The notes under the pieces are model-generated. The model was given only the letters and a program-made list of their open reading frames with translations. It searched no databases and had not been told where the DNA came from. DNA of 64,000 bases. It comes from Spirochaetia bacterium. GTDB taxonomy: Bacteria > Spirochaetota > Spirochaetia > CADAEX01. Shown here one piece after another: positions 1-10,138 of this stretch (positions within the stretch are counted from its first letter, which is position 1; each line of letters opens with the position of its first letter). Position numbers and translations under genes: made by a program. The DNA lies in NCBI GenBank assembly GCA_963662795.1, contig OY759746.1:608001-672000 (forward strand), given 5' to 3'.

Positions 1-2
1 CC

Positions 3-560
3 GGCAATTACCTCAACATAACAAACAGCTTTGCCCTTAAACAATTGTCCCTGGTCTCAGGATGTACTGAGGGAATTGCGTCGCTTGAGCTTTCTTCAGA
101 GCAGACAGCCTCCCTTGCTGAAAAATCTGAAATACCGGTTTCCATGTTTATCTACTCAGCTGTAAAGCTGATGACTACAAGACAGTGTCTGCTCGGATAC
201 AGATGCGGGAAGAAAACAAGCGATAAAAACTGTTACTACTGCTCCTGCGGAGAGGAGAACCTTGACGAAGTCAAAGGGAGAAGGCTTAAAATATATAAAA
301 GAAGCTGGAATTACACGGAACTTTATGACAGCAGCTTTATTTCTGTTCCCGAAATGGTTCCGGGGTTCAGCGGGAAAGTGTCAAAATTCATAATTGACTT
401 AAGGTCTTTCAGTTTTGCAGGACACTCGGCAGATACAATACCGGTTATTACTGCGGCATTTAAAGAGTATATCGAAAATCCCGACGCAAAGGGAAAAGCA
501 AGAATCAATGAGCTTTGCATCAATATATCAAAAGGCAATATCAGGAAAGGGCTTCAGTAA
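3..560 (+). CDS. U32 family peptidase (RlhA-like), C-terminal part; 5' end outside window
   Basis: Frame open from window edge: GNYLNITNSFALKQL...SLELS...LMTTRQC...C-rich segment...ending KGNIRKGLQ, typical of the U32/DUF3656 C-terminal region. Confidence 0.65.
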   Translation, partial: GNYLNITNSFALKQLSLVSGCTEGIASLELSSEQTASLAEKSEIPVSMFIYSAVKLMTTRQCLLGYRCGKKTSDKNCYYCSCGEENLDEVKGRRLKIYKRSWNYTELYDSSFISVPEMVPGFSGKVSKFIIDLRSFSFAGHSADTIPVITAAFKEYIENPDAKGKARINELCINISKGNIRKGLQ

Positions 561-567
561 CTACAGG

Positions 568-3093
568 TCACCCCTTCCCTTTACCATTAAATATTACCGA
601 AAGAAGTTCCTTTAATTTGGACATGCTGTACGGTTTCTGCAGTACTCCGGCAAGATTTTTGCCCGCGAACCTGGCCCCTACATCATCCTTGTTGTAGCCG
701 CTCGCGATTATTACATTAACCTGCGGATTTATCCTTTTAAGCTCGCTGAAGGCCTGGTTGCCGTCCATATGAGGCATTGTAAGGTCAAGTATAACAAGAT
801 CGATTTTTTCAGGATAACTTTTAAAGAGGTCAACAGCTTCCTTTCCGTCCGCCGCCGTAATCACCTTGAAGCCCAGATGCTCAAGCATGCTGGAGCCAAC
901 CGCCCTTAGACTTTCCTCGTCATCCGCAATAAGGACAGTACCGCTGCCTTTCCACCCCGCGATATCTTTCTCGGGATCAGATTTGCCGCTCATGCTGCTG
1001 TCGGGGAGAGCCGGAAAAAGGACCTTGAATGTCGTTCCCCTGTCTTTCTCGCTGTAAACCTTGATGGCGCCTTTGTGGGCACGGACAATTCCAAGAACCG
1101 CGGCAAGGCCGAGTCCCCTTCCTGCAAATTTTGTTGTAAAAAAAGGCTCAAAAATATGCTCCAGCGTCTCCCTTTCCATACCGCAGCCTGTATCTGCGAC
1201 TTCAAAATAAACATAATATCCGGGGACAATCTCTTTAAAAAGATCTGTCCTGCTTAAATAATCAGCGTCACATTTGACTGCACCGAGCGATATTGTAATT
1301 ACTCCGCTTCTCTGGCCGATTGCATCAGAGGCGTTGATTATGAGGTTCATGATAATCTGCCTTATCTGCCCGGGGTCCGCCATAATCGGGGGAAGCCCTT
1401 TTTCAAGATCAAGGTTAAGTATCGCTTTTTTTGAAATAGATGTCTGAAGAAGATGCACCATTTCCTCGATCATTTCCCTAAGATCTACCCTCTCAAGGAA
1501 AAAAGAGGCTTTTCCTGAATATGCAAGCATCTGTCTGCATAGTTCAGCGGCCCTTCTGGCGGCAGTTTCAATTTCCTTGATACTTCTCCTTGCCGGAGAC
1601 ATGGAGGAAAGCTCGTCAAGGGCAAGCTCCGAATGCCCAAGTACTGCCATAAGGATATTATTGAAATCATGGGCAATACCGCCCGCAAGAACACCGAGGC
1701 TTTCAAGCTTCTGTGTCTGCTGTATCTGCCGCTCAAATACAATCCTGTCTTCTTCCATTTTTTTTACTTCTGTGATGTCCTGGTTAACAACAATGGCCCC
1801 GTCAACATTTCCATCATCATCAAGTACAGGCGCAGTGTGATTCAGAATTATCCTCTTTATACCGTCGAATCCTTCAATTTCCAGAATTTCATCCCTTATC
1901 GTTACACCCTCAGTTATTGTATGGTAAAGGGCCCAGTCCTCGGTTTTTATTTCTTCCCCCGACGGCAGGCGTTTAGCCCTGAAAAGGCCATAATCATCAG
2001 TTCCGACTTTTTTATCAGCGCCCCATATTTTAATCCCGGCCGGATTACCATAATTAAGCTTCCCGGTTTTATCCGCAATCCAAAGGCCCACAGGAAGTAT
2101 CTCCAGTATCTTCCCAAAAAGTTTTTCCCTTTTCCCGAGCGTCTTATCAGCCTTTTTTCTCCTGACAATCGAGTTATACGCTGCCATAATAATAAATGAC
2201 TGTAGAACAAGAATCAAAATAAATATAATAAAAAAAATCCTGGTCCTTTTTTCAAGCATTTCATTTGCGTCTGTATATTTTGTAATATTGCTTATAATGC
2301 CGAACACCTTATTGGTTTTCTGATCATATTCAGCGAATGATCTGACGGAAAGTATTGCCCCGTCTGTATTCCTTTTAATTTTAAAAACCAAGTCATAGGT
2401 TTTATTCTCTTCAATCAAATCCTTTAAGGCGCTGCCTAGCATTTCCCTGTACTCAGGAAGGGCCGTATTTCTGATATAATCCAGGTCATTATCTGAAGCG
2501 CTTAACCCGTACAGCGCCATGGCCCCATCCGATGCATAAAATATTTTTTCTTCTATATCAAAAATCCAATGACCGAACTCCGCTATATTTTCAGCCTTCC
2601 GGTGTTCCCTTTCGCTTTCAATAGTTTTGCTTTCAAGAAGATGTTTTTCAGTTATGTCATGAATTATTGAAATAAGAAGCTCTTTACCTGATGATTTTAC
2701 AGGCCAGGAATATATCTCAACATTTTTAAGCTCGCCATTTGAGATTCTATGGCTGAAAATAAAATAATTTCTGCGCTCTTCCCTGGCCGCCGTCATTTCC
2801 CTTGCTATATCGGCCTGAGGCATAATATTGATTTTGCAGATATTCATTCCCCGGAATTCATCTGCAGAATATCCGTAAAACTTCTCAGCTGCGGGATTTA
2901 CAGTCTGGATAATTCCTGTGTCCGGGTCCAGAACCATTATCGGAATCCCAATATTTGAAAAAGCCTCTTTATAGAAATTGTCGGAATCAGGGATGGAAAA
3001 AAGGAATTGAGCGGAAAAGAACAATAATAAAACCACAGCCGACTTTTTGATAATCCTTGAAACGTTGAAATACATGGTGTTATTAACGCTCAT
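568..3093 (-). CDS. Membrane-anchored PAS hybrid sensor histidine kinase/response regulator
   Basis: PAS repeats, TM segment, H-box LAGGIAHDFNN, N/G1/F/G2 boxes (NLIINA, DTGCGM, FEPFFTTK, GRGLGL), C-terminal receiver (IADDE, LDLTMP). Confidence 0.92.
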   Translation of the reverse strand: MSVNNTMYFNVSRIIKKSAVVLLLFFSAQFLFSIPDSDNFYKEAFSNIGIPIMVLDPDTGIIQTVNPAAEKFYGYSADEFRGMNICKINIMPQADIAREMTAAREERRNYFIFSHRISNGELKNVEIYSWPVKSSGKELLISIIHDITEKHLLESKTIESEREHRKAENIAEFGHWIFDIEEKIFYASDGAMALYGLSASDNDLDYIRNTALPEYREMLGSALKDLIEENKTYDLVFKIKRNTDGAILSVRSFAEYDQKTNKVFGIISNITKYTDANEMLEKRTRIFFIIFILILVLQSFIIMAAYNSIVRRKKADKTLGKREKLFGKILEILPVGLWIADKTGKLNYGNPAGIKIWGADKKVGTDDYGLFRAKRLPSGEEIKTEDWALYHTITEGVTIRDEILEIEGFDGIKRIILNHTAPVLDDDGNVDGAIVVNQDITEVKKMEEDRIVFERQIQQTQKLESLGVLAGGIAHDFNNILMAVLGHSELALDELSSMSPARRSIKEIETAARRAAELCRQMLAYSGKASFFLERVDLREMIEEMVHLLQTSISKKAILNLDLEKGLPPIMADPGQIRQIIMNLIINASDAIGQRSGVITISLGAVKCDADYLSRTDLFKEIVPGYYVYFEVADTGCGMERETLEHIFEPFFTTKFAGRGLGLAAVLGIVRAHKGAIKVYSEKDRGTTFKVLFPALPDSSMSGKSDPEKDIAGWKGSGTVLIADDEESLRAVGSSMLEHLGFKVITAADGKEAVDLFKSYPEKIDLVILDLTMPHMDGNQAFSELKRINPQVNVIIASGYNKDDVGARFAGKNLAGVLQKPYSMSKLKELLSVIFNGKGKG

Positions 3094-3235
3094 ACAATAC
3101 TCCGGATTTTTGATATTACATTGATTATAACAGAGGTTAGGGAATTTTAGTTAATAAAAAATTGCCACATTCCTGTAATATTACCGGGATGAAACGGTTT
3201 AAGGATTCTCTCTGTTAACAGCGGCGAATCAAGTA

Positions 3236-3994
3236 TTACAGCAGGCCCCTGCCGTCGTGGGCAAGATTTGAATGTGCAAGAACGTTATATCCCTGCCATG
3301 GGCTGATGCCCGGCCAGAAGCCGTTTTCATCCTGCCGTTTTTCCAGCTCTTCGACAGCGTAGATTACCCCGGGGATTGCGGCGCTTTCCTCAATTATAAG
3401 TGTTCCCCGAAGGTAATTGTACAGATCCGCCGTTTCTGTGTTTCCGCAGCGCGAAGTGATTCTTTTCCCTTCTTCTTCCGCCTTATCCCGCCACTCTTTT
3501 TCTTTGTGTTTTGTGAAAACAGCAACGCTGAAAAGCCATGCATGAAGGGGGAAATACGGGCTGCAGGCAGGCTCGAACGGCAGATCGCGGAAAGTGTCCT
3601 GAATGAGCGAGCCGCCCCTCCCTGCAGGTGCGGCTGCCGTCACTGCCGCAGGGGATGTATAAGTGAACAGGAGGTCAAGGGCATTTACTGCTCTGTCACT
3701 TGATTCCCTGACAGTAAGGTGGAGAAAGAAAAGTTCCCTTGCAAGCGTGTAAAGGGCAGCCTGCCTGTTCCCGGCTAGCCCCTGCTCAAGGATACTAAAG
3801 AGAGTTTCGATCCTTTTAAAACTGCCCTCCGCAAAGTTAAGCGCCCTTCTTCGCCAATCAGGTGACTGACGCTGTTGTTTCCATTTCCCATCCGCATATA
3901 TCCTGTAGGGGCTTTCAGCCTGCCATTCGTAAAAGCGGGGATCTTTAATACTTTTCATATTACTGTCATAGTAAATATATTTACCTTCAATCAT
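3236..3994 (-). CDS. Hypothetical protein with one QxxxGxW (QW-like) motif near the C-terminus, possibly truncated
   Basis: 252-aa ORF filling the gap between flanking genes; LEKRQDENGFWPG. Confidence 0.5.
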   Translation of the reverse strand: MIEGKYIYYDSNMKSIKDPRFYEWQAESPYRIYADGKWKQQRQSPDWRRRALNFAEGSFKRIETLFSILEQGLAGNRQAALYTLARELFFLHLTVRESSDRAVNALDLLFTYTSPAAVTAAAPAGRGGSLIQDTFRDLPFEPACSPYFPLHAWLFSVAVFTKHKEKEWRDKAEEEGKRITSRCGNTETADLYNYLRGTLIIEESAAIPGVIYAVEELEKRQDENGFWPGISPWQGYNVLAHSNLAHDGRGLL

Positions 3995-4089
3995 GATTAT
4001 AATGCTTCAGCTATCTGCATTCAAGATTTTAAAAAAATACAATTCTTGGTAGACAAAACAGATCAGGATATGTTAACGTTTTTTTCATC

Positions 4090-4734
4090 ATGCTCATTCA
4101 GAAAAGATTTTTTCTTTCTTTTTTATTGTTTTTTAGTTTAACTGCTTCCATATTCGCACACCCCCACACGTTCATTGATTCAGTTATTGAATGTGAATTC
4201 AATGAATCAGGAATATCAGGCTTCTGGATTAACTGGAGTTTTGATTCCATGTTTGCAACCTCAATAATTATGGATTTCGACCGGGACAGAAACGGTTCTT
4301 TTTCAGAGTCAGAAATCGAGGATGTAAGGGAAAATGCCTTTTCAAATCTTGAAAATTTTAATTATTTTATTTATATAACAGAAAACAGAAAAACAAGACG
4401 TCCAATTACAGTAACAAATTTTTCAGCTTCCATAGTTGAAAAAGATATTTTTTACAGATTTTTTGTACCTTATAACTCAATTTCTAAAGAAAATCAAAAC
4501 AGCGTAATCATTGCAATATATGATGACACCTTTTTCTGTGATATTTCAATAAAATCGGCAAAAGCAATTCCTGAGAATATTTCAAATGTTTTTAACATTG
4601 AAACAGAAATAAGAATAAATGAAGAAAAAACAATAAGATATGATAACGCTTATCAGTCAATAACAAGAGACGGAGCCTCATATACAGGGTTTGTCAATCC
4701 ACAGGAACTTGTAATCAGGTTCTCATTAAAATGA
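4090..4734 (+). CDS. DUF1007 family exported metal-binding protein (ZevA-like)
   Basis: Signal peptide followed by AHPHTFID, W.FD.MF, YDDTFF motifs. Confidence 0.85.
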   Translation: MLIQKRFFLSFLLFFSLTASIFAHPHTFIDSVIECEFNESGISGFWINWSFDSMFATSIIMDFDRDRNGSFSESEIEDVRENAFSNLENFNYFIYITENRKTRRPITVTNFSASIVEKDIFYRFFVPYNSISKENQNSVIIAIYDDTFFCDISIKSAKAIPENISNVFNIETEIRINEEKTIRYDNAYQSITRDGASYTGFVNPQELVIRFSLK

Positions 4735-5642
4735 CAAACCGTATAATATTTTTATGTATTATTATATCTCTTTTCATCCCGGGCAGTATTCTTTATTCGC
4801 AGGCCAACAGCTCCAATCCATTTTACAGCGGCACAAAACAAAACCAGTTGACAAAAAAAATACCAGCTGAAAATAATGGTTTTATTCAGAAAATCTCGGC
4901 AATCCAGAAGAATATAAACAAAAAAACATCTGATATCATAAACAGCTACAGGGATAATAAAAGCGGGAATCTTCTTTTATATATTGCCGGAATATCACTT
5001 ATTTATGGCTTTATACATGCCATGACACCGGGACACGGTAAAAGCATCATACTTGGATGGATACTTGCATCACAAAGAACATTTACAAAAGTTCTTTTCA
5101 CATCTGTCTTTGGAATGCTTTTACATGTTTTTAATTCTGTAATCATGGTTTATGTAATCTGGTATTTTATCAAAGGGAAAATCAGTGTCCAGTCTCCGCT
5201 GTTTATAAAATATTTCTCGTTCGCTGCATGCGCTGTTTTAATAATATTGGGATTAGGGGAAATGAAAAATATTCTTACCAGGCATCATAATTCTCACTCA
5301 CACGAGCTTGAATCCATAAACAGTACTACATCGGTAAAAGAATGCCTCATGATCTCTGCCGGAATCGGAATAGTTCCATGCCCTGTTGCATCCATCCTTA
5401 CAGTATTTATGATATCAGCCGGACTATATGCGGAGAGCCTGCTTACAGCCCTTTTTTTCGCATCCGGCATGACATTAACACTTATAATCTACACCTCCAT
5501 AATATGGACGTTAAGATCATATATTACAGGTATAAAAAACATTCACTTTAAAAAAGCAGGAGAGATATTACTGCCGGTTACAGGAAGTTTCTTGCTTATA
5601 ATGTCAGGAATATTTATAATTTTACCTTATGTAAATTTTTAA
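4731..5642 (+). CDS. Nickel/cobalt transporter family membrane protein (NicO/RcnA/ZevB-like)
   Basis: YGFIHAMTPGHGK motif, His-rich loop HHNSHSH, GIVPCP motif; ATGA overlap with DUF1007 gene. Confidence 0.88.
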   Translation: MTNRIIFLCIIISLFIPGSILYSQANSSNPFYSGTKQNQLTKKIPAENNGFIQKISAIQKNINKKTSDIINSYRDNKSGNLLLYIAGISLIYGFIHAMTPGHGKSIILGWILASQRTFTKVLFTSVFGMLLHVFNSVIMVYVIWYFIKGKISVQSPLFIKYFSFAACAVLIILGLGEMKNILTRHHNSHSHELESINSTTSVKECLMISAGIGIVPCPVASILTVFMISAGLYAESLLTALFFASGMTLTLIIYTSIIWTLRSYITGIKNIHFKKAGEILLPVTGSFLLIMSGIFIILPYVNF

Positions 5643-5659
5643 AAATTACACTTTGAAAT

Positions 5660-5687
5660 ACGGCAGGAGCACTTAACCCCTGCCGTT
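5660..5687. terminator. Hairpin between convergent NicO-like gene and feoB
   Basis: ACGGCAGG-loop-CCTGCCGT inverted repeat. Confidence 0.55.
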
Positions 5688-5692
5688 AACTA

Positions 5693-8005
5693 CTATGCCA
5701 TTTTCCTTACAAGCTTATCGTCCCTGCCAAGGATTTTAAAAAACAATACTGTAAGTACCAGGAAGAGGATCCCTGCAGCAATCCATAACAAGCTGTGACC
5801 CAGTGTAATCTGATAGAAAAGTACTGCTACAATCCACGCAAGAAACGTCAGATAGGAGGTTATAAGTATCCCGAAAAATTTCCCTGCTTCCTTTATGAGA
5901 GCTCCGAAAGCTGCAAGACACGGAAAATATATCAGCACAAACAATAGATAGGCAAAAGCCTGCAATGGCCCTTCTGTAAAGTATTTCCCCATTACGCCGA
6001 ATGTATCAGATGTTGAACCAATCTCTTCCGCAAGCGCATCGTTATCAGTTTCTTCAAGAAGAGATGTGCCCAAGGGATCGCTTAGACCTCCTCCTGCTCC
6101 GGCAAGCGCTTCAGGAATTGAGGCAAATGCTTCTGTCACGCCGCCAAAGAAATCGAATGAATCATCTTCACCATCATTTTTTCCTGAAATCTCTTCAACT
6201 GAAGATGACTCAATCTGGGAGTATAGCGCATCAAGAGTTCCGACTACCGCCTCCTTTGCAAAAAGCCCTGTAAAAAGACCTACTACTGCCGGCCAGTTTT
6301 CTTCTTCCACACCCATTGGCCGAAACACAGGACTCAATGTTTTTCCGATTCTTGAAAGAACAGAGTTATCCGAATCCTCATTGCCGAATGACCCGTCAAG
6401 TCCTAAAGAGTTTAAAAAAGCAAGGACAAGAACTGCTATTATGATGACCTTACCGGCCCTTATCATAAAGTGTTTAAGCCTCATCCATGTGTGGATCATT
6501 ATATGATTAAATTTCGGAGCATGATATGGAGGAAGCTCCATGATAAAATAGGAAGCTTCGCCTTTAAAAAGTGTATTTTTGAGCATCAGCCCTGTAAGAA
6601 CAGCAAGAACAATACCTGAAAGATAAAGAAGAAAAACCATTGTACCGCGGGAATCAGGGAAAAACACTGCAGCAAAAAGAGCATATACAGGAAGCCTTGC
6701 TCCGCAGGACATAAAAGGAGCCATAAAAAGAGTCATAAGCCTGTCGCGCCTGTTTTCTATAGTTCTTGTTCCCATTATTGCGGGAACTGTACATCCAAAT
6801 CCTACAAGCATTGGTATAAAAGCTTTACCGGGAAGACCGATTGCCCTCATAAGACGGTCCATTACAAACGCTGCCCTTGCCATGTACCCGGACACCTCAA
6901 GTATAGACAGACACAGGAACATCATAAATACAATCGGAACAAATGTAGCAACAGTCTGCAAACCTGCGCCTACTCCTCCGGCAACAATGGATATAATCCA
7001 TTCAGGGGATCCGGCTGCAGCAAGAAGATGGGCAACACCGTCTACAAATATCGTGCCGAACAGGATATCAAAAAAATCAATAAATGCACCGCCGACTGTG
7101 TTGGTCAGCCAGAAAACCATATAAAGAGCAAACAGAAAAACCGGAATACCAAGAAACCTGTTAAGGACAATACTGTCAATTACTTCTGTAACTTTTACTT
7201 TAATATCCGATCTTTTTACAATATCTCCCAGAATCCCCTTGATATAACCGTATCTGTAATCTGCAATAACAATATCGGCAGAATCTCCGAGAATCTTTTT
7301 CAGGTATTCTTTTTTTTCAGTAATTTCATCCTGTGTCAGCTCAGTTTTAGCGACAATTTCTTCAGTTATTAATTTATCATTTTCAAGTATTTTTATTGCT
7401 GTCCATCTGACAGATTCATTCTGGACATTTTTTATTTTCTTTTGCCAATTATTTATTACATCTTCCAGTTCATTAGGGTATTCAACAGCTTGACCGGTAG
7501 GCGAAGACGAAGAAAAATAATTATATAAAGAGTTTTTTACTCTTTCAACATCGTTTTTATTTACTGCAGAAATTGACTCTACAGGAACTCCCATTTTTTT
7601 TGAGAGTTTCTCTGTATCGATGCGGATTCCGTTTTTTGCCGCAATATCAAGCATATTAACCACAACAAAAACAGGCACACCCATCTCAATAAGCTGGGTT
7701 GTAAGATAGAGGTTTCTCTCAAGATTATTGCCATCTACTATATTGATAATAAACTGAGCTTCTCCGCTGAGAATGTATTCACGCGCTGCTTTTTCATCTT
7801 CAGATGATGCATAAAAAGAATAAATACCGGGAAGATCGACTATGGTAACCTTTTCTTCAGGATATGAAATTACGCCTTCAAATTTTTCAACCGTAACGCC
7901 GGGCCAGTTGCCTGTTCTTACATGACCGTTTGTAAGGCCGTTGAACAGGGTAGTCTTTCCGCAGTTGGGATTACCGGCTATAGCAATTATTTTTTTATCA
8001 CTCAT
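5693..8005 (-). CDS. feoB: Ferrous iron transport protein B
   Basis: G motifs GNPNCGKT, GNWPGVTVE, DLPG, NMLD; membrane domain with GFGC, FMSCGARLP, YFPC. Confidence 0.97.
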   Translation of the reverse strand: MSDKKIIAIAGNPNCGKTTLFNGLTNGHVRTGNWPGVTVEKFEGVISYPEEKVTIVDLPGIYSFYASSEDEKAAREYILSGEAQFIINIVDGNNLERNLYLTTQLIEMGVPVFVVVNMLDIAAKNGIRIDTEKLSKKMGVPVESISAVNKNDVERVKNSLYNYFSSSSPTGQAVEYPNELEDVINNWQKKIKNVQNESVRWTAIKILENDKLITEEIVAKTELTQDEITEKKEYLKKILGDSADIVIADYRYGYIKGILGDIVKRSDIKVKVTEVIDSIVLNRFLGIPVFLFALYMVFWLTNTVGGAFIDFFDILFGTIFVDGVAHLLAAAGSPEWIISIVAGGVGAGLQTVATFVPIVFMMFLCLSILEVSGYMARAAFVMDRLMRAIGLPGKAFIPMLVGFGCTVPAIMGTRTIENRRDRLMTLFMAPFMSCGARLPVYALFAAVFFPDSRGTMVFLLYLSGIVLAVLTGLMLKNTLFKGEASYFIMELPPYHAPKFNHIMIHTWMRLKHFMIRAGKVIIIAVLVLAFLNSLGLDGSFGNEDSDNSVLSRIGKTLSPVFRPMGVEEENWPAVVGLFTGLFAKEAVVGTLDALYSQIESSSVEEISGKNDGEDDSFDFFGGVTEAFASIPEALAGAGGGLSDPLGTSLLEETDNDALAEEIGSTSDTFGVMGKYFTEGPLQAFAYLLFVLIYFPCLAAFGALIKEAGKFFGILITSYLTFLAWIVAVLFYQITLGHSLLWIAAGILFLVLTVLFFKILGRDDKLVRKMA

Positions 8006-8009
8006 AATT

Positions 8010-8240
8010 TTAAAGCCTCCTCAAGTTTATGATTTCAGCTTCTTCTTTTCTGAGTGTAAGCTTATAACCCCTGACTTCAATTTCCACAGGATCGCCGAGC
8101 GGTGCTTTTTTTGTAACTGTAATTTCTGCATCTTTTGAAATACCCATAGAGAGTATTTTATTTCTATAATCCTCATTGCCATTTTCAAATCCGGTGACGA
8201 CAGCTTTGTCCCCGACTTTCATGTTTTTGATTCTATCCAT
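8010..8240 (-). CDS. feoA: Ferrous iron transport protein A
   Basis: LSMGI...APLGDPVEIEVRGYKLTLRKEEA. Confidence 0.95.
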   Translation of the reverse strand: MDRIKNMKVGDKAVVTGFENGNEDYRNKILSMGISKDAEITVTKKAPLGDPVEIEVRGYKLTLRKEEAEIINLRRL

Positions 8241-8260
8241 AAAAAGAAAACCTCCATATC

Positions 8261-8551
8261 TTATTCTGCAGTAACATAAATCTGCTCTGCAGTATTTGAA
8301 TCCATCATAATTTTATTGTCTCCGGTTGAAATCAGGCACGGATGATTTTTCCTTCCGCATATCAGTGTTAGCGATATTCCAGGGAAAACACCCTGCTCAA
8401 TCATCTTTATTCTGAAATTTTCATCACCAAGAATTTGACGGACAATCAGCTTTCTTCCGCATGCAGCTTCAGGTAAAAGGCAACTCCTACACCGCGAATG
8501 TCTTTTTCTTCCATGTCTTAACCTCATATACCCGCCTTTAAAAATGTTCAT
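8261..8551 (-). CDS. feoA: FeoA family protein (second copy; start may be later, at MRLRHG)
   Basis: FeoA-like KMIEQGVFPG...AEQIYV directly upstream of feoA/feoB. Confidence 0.75.
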   Translation of the reverse strand: MNIFKGGYMRLRHGRKRHSRCRSCLLPEAACGRKLIVRQILGDENFRIKMIEQGVFPGISLTLICGRKNHPCLISTGDNKIMMDSNTAEQIYVTAE

Positions 8552-8578
8552 TCATAATATTTGTTGTTTCTAATTTAC

Positions 8579-8592
8579 TTAGACATGCCTAA
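8579..8592. promoter_or_regulatory. DtxR/MntR-family-like operator palindrome at the feo transcription start
   Basis: TTAGACATGCCTAA (near-perfect palindrome) immediately downstream of a minus-strand sigma70-like promoter (TTGACA 8616-8621, 17 bp, TAAAAA 8593-8598). Confidence 0.6.
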
Positions 8593-8748
8593 TTTTTAAC
8601 ATGGAAGAATCATTCTGTCAATATTTTTTTAATATTTTACAGGGAATTACAGAAAAGCATTATGAAATAAAGGGATTAGAGGTTTAAGGGCATCTTAAAA
8701 AATGAAATTACCGGGGAAAACCCGGTTATTAATAATGTTTTACGGATT

Positions 8749-9135
8749 TCAGGAAAGCCTTTCGGCCCCGCAGTAGACCTCATCCACTTTCATGAAAAAT
8801 GCCGCTTTAGGGGAGAGGTGAGGAAATTTCCCGTGGACCCATTTGACAGTTTCATCAAATCTGGTTCCTTCAGTATAACACTTCATCCTACCCTTGACCT
8901 GATATGCTTTTTTTGTATCCTTGTCGAGGACTACAAATGCCATAACCGGATTTGCATCCAGATTTATCCTTGTCTTGAAAAATTTATTGTCAGCGATTAC
9001 AACTGTATCATCATCGATAACCTTCAGGCATTTTATATAAACAATGTTTGGAATCCCGTTTTTATCCGCAGTCGCTATGCAGATCGGGTCTGTTTTTTCT
9101 ATCGCTGTCTTTACTTCCGGTGTCAGTTTTATCAT
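8749..9135 (-). CDS. Pyridoxamine 5'-phosphate oxidase family (FMN-binding split barrel) protein
   Basis: IATADKNGIPN, ADNKFFKTRINLDANP, AYQVKG, PKAA..V.EVY motifs. Confidence 0.85.
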   Translation of the reverse strand: MIKLTPEVKTAIEKTDPICIATADKNGIPNIVYIKCLKVIDDDTVVIADNKFFKTRINLDANPVMAFVVLDKDTKKAYQVKGRMKCYTEGTRFDETVKWVHGKFPHLSPKAAFFMKVDEVYCGAERLS

Positions 9136-9232
9136 CGATATATCCTCCTTAAATGATTTTTACATATTATCATACACATCCATCTTCAATATAATAATGG
9201 CAGATACTTTTTTTTACAACAAGAGAGGGAAG

Positions 9233-10123
9233 ATGAATAAATCATATCTTTACATGTTTTTCGCCGCGTTATGCTGGTCCGGCGCTTTTATCGCGGGAAA
9301 AATAGGCGGAGCAGAGATAAGCGGACTTGTGATGAGCTTTTACCGGTTTTTGATCGCTGTCATCTGCCTTTTCATCTACGGGAATGTTAAAAAAATATCT
9401 TTCAGAATCGCACCAAAAAATGTTTTAATACTGATGGGTATAGGGATTTTCGGAATGGCAGGATACCATATTCTTTTTTTCGAAGCACTGCACACAATCA
9501 ATGTGCTTGAGGCAAGCGCTATAAACACATTAAACCCTGTCCTGTCCGCCCTGCTCGGATTCATTATTTTCCGCGAGCCCTTAAGCAGAAAAGGACTGCT
9601 ATTTCTGATAACGGCGGCATTCGGGGTGCTTACAATTGTTGTTAAGTGGAATTTTTCACTCCTTTTATCCGGGACAGGGACTGCGGGAACTGTTCTGATG
9701 ATTTCCGCAATGGTTATCCTGGTAATATATTCACTTTTAATCCGTAAATTCGCTGCCGGCATAAAATCCGTAGTATCTTCATTTTATACATTTATGGGAG
9801 CTTCCCTTTTCCTTCTTCCGTTTATCGCCGCCGGGGGGGAATCCCCCGTCACCTGGTCAGGCAATGTCTGGGGTTCAATAGTATTCATGGGAGTTTTCTC
9901 TACTTTTCTGGGCTATACCCTGCAGCAGGAATCCATATCAAAGATAGGTGTATCACGTACCAATTTTTTCATCAATTTTGTCCCGGTTTTTTCCATGTTT
10001 CTCGGAGTGCTTATGCTCGGGGACCAGTTTTATCCGGTTAATATTTTAAGCCTCGCAATAGTAATTGCAGGAATGATCGGATATCTCGGAGAAAAAGAGA
10101 AGCTGGCCGTCAGACAGGGATAG
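9233..10123 (+). CDS. DMT/EamA family transporter
   Basis: ~10 TM with two EamA repeats (CWSGAFIAGK...RF; NFVPVF...LG); start reassigned to ATG 9233 after GAGGGA. Confidence 0.88.
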   Translation: MNKSYLYMFFAALCWSGAFIAGKIGGAEISGLVMSFYRFLIAVICLFIYGNVKKISFRIAPKNVLILMGIGIFGMAGYHILFFEALHTINVLEASAINTLNPVLSALLGFIIFREPLSRKGLLFLITAAFGVLTIVVKWNFSLLLSGTGTAGTVLMISAMVILVIYSLLIRKFAAGIKSVVSSFYTFMGASLFLLPFIAAGGESPVTWSGNVWGSIVFMGVFSTFLGYTLQQESISKIGVSRTNFFINFVPVFSMFLGVLMLGDQFYPVNILSLAIVIAGMIGYLGEKEKLAVRQG

Positions 10124-10138
10124 ACAGGCGGTATGTTT

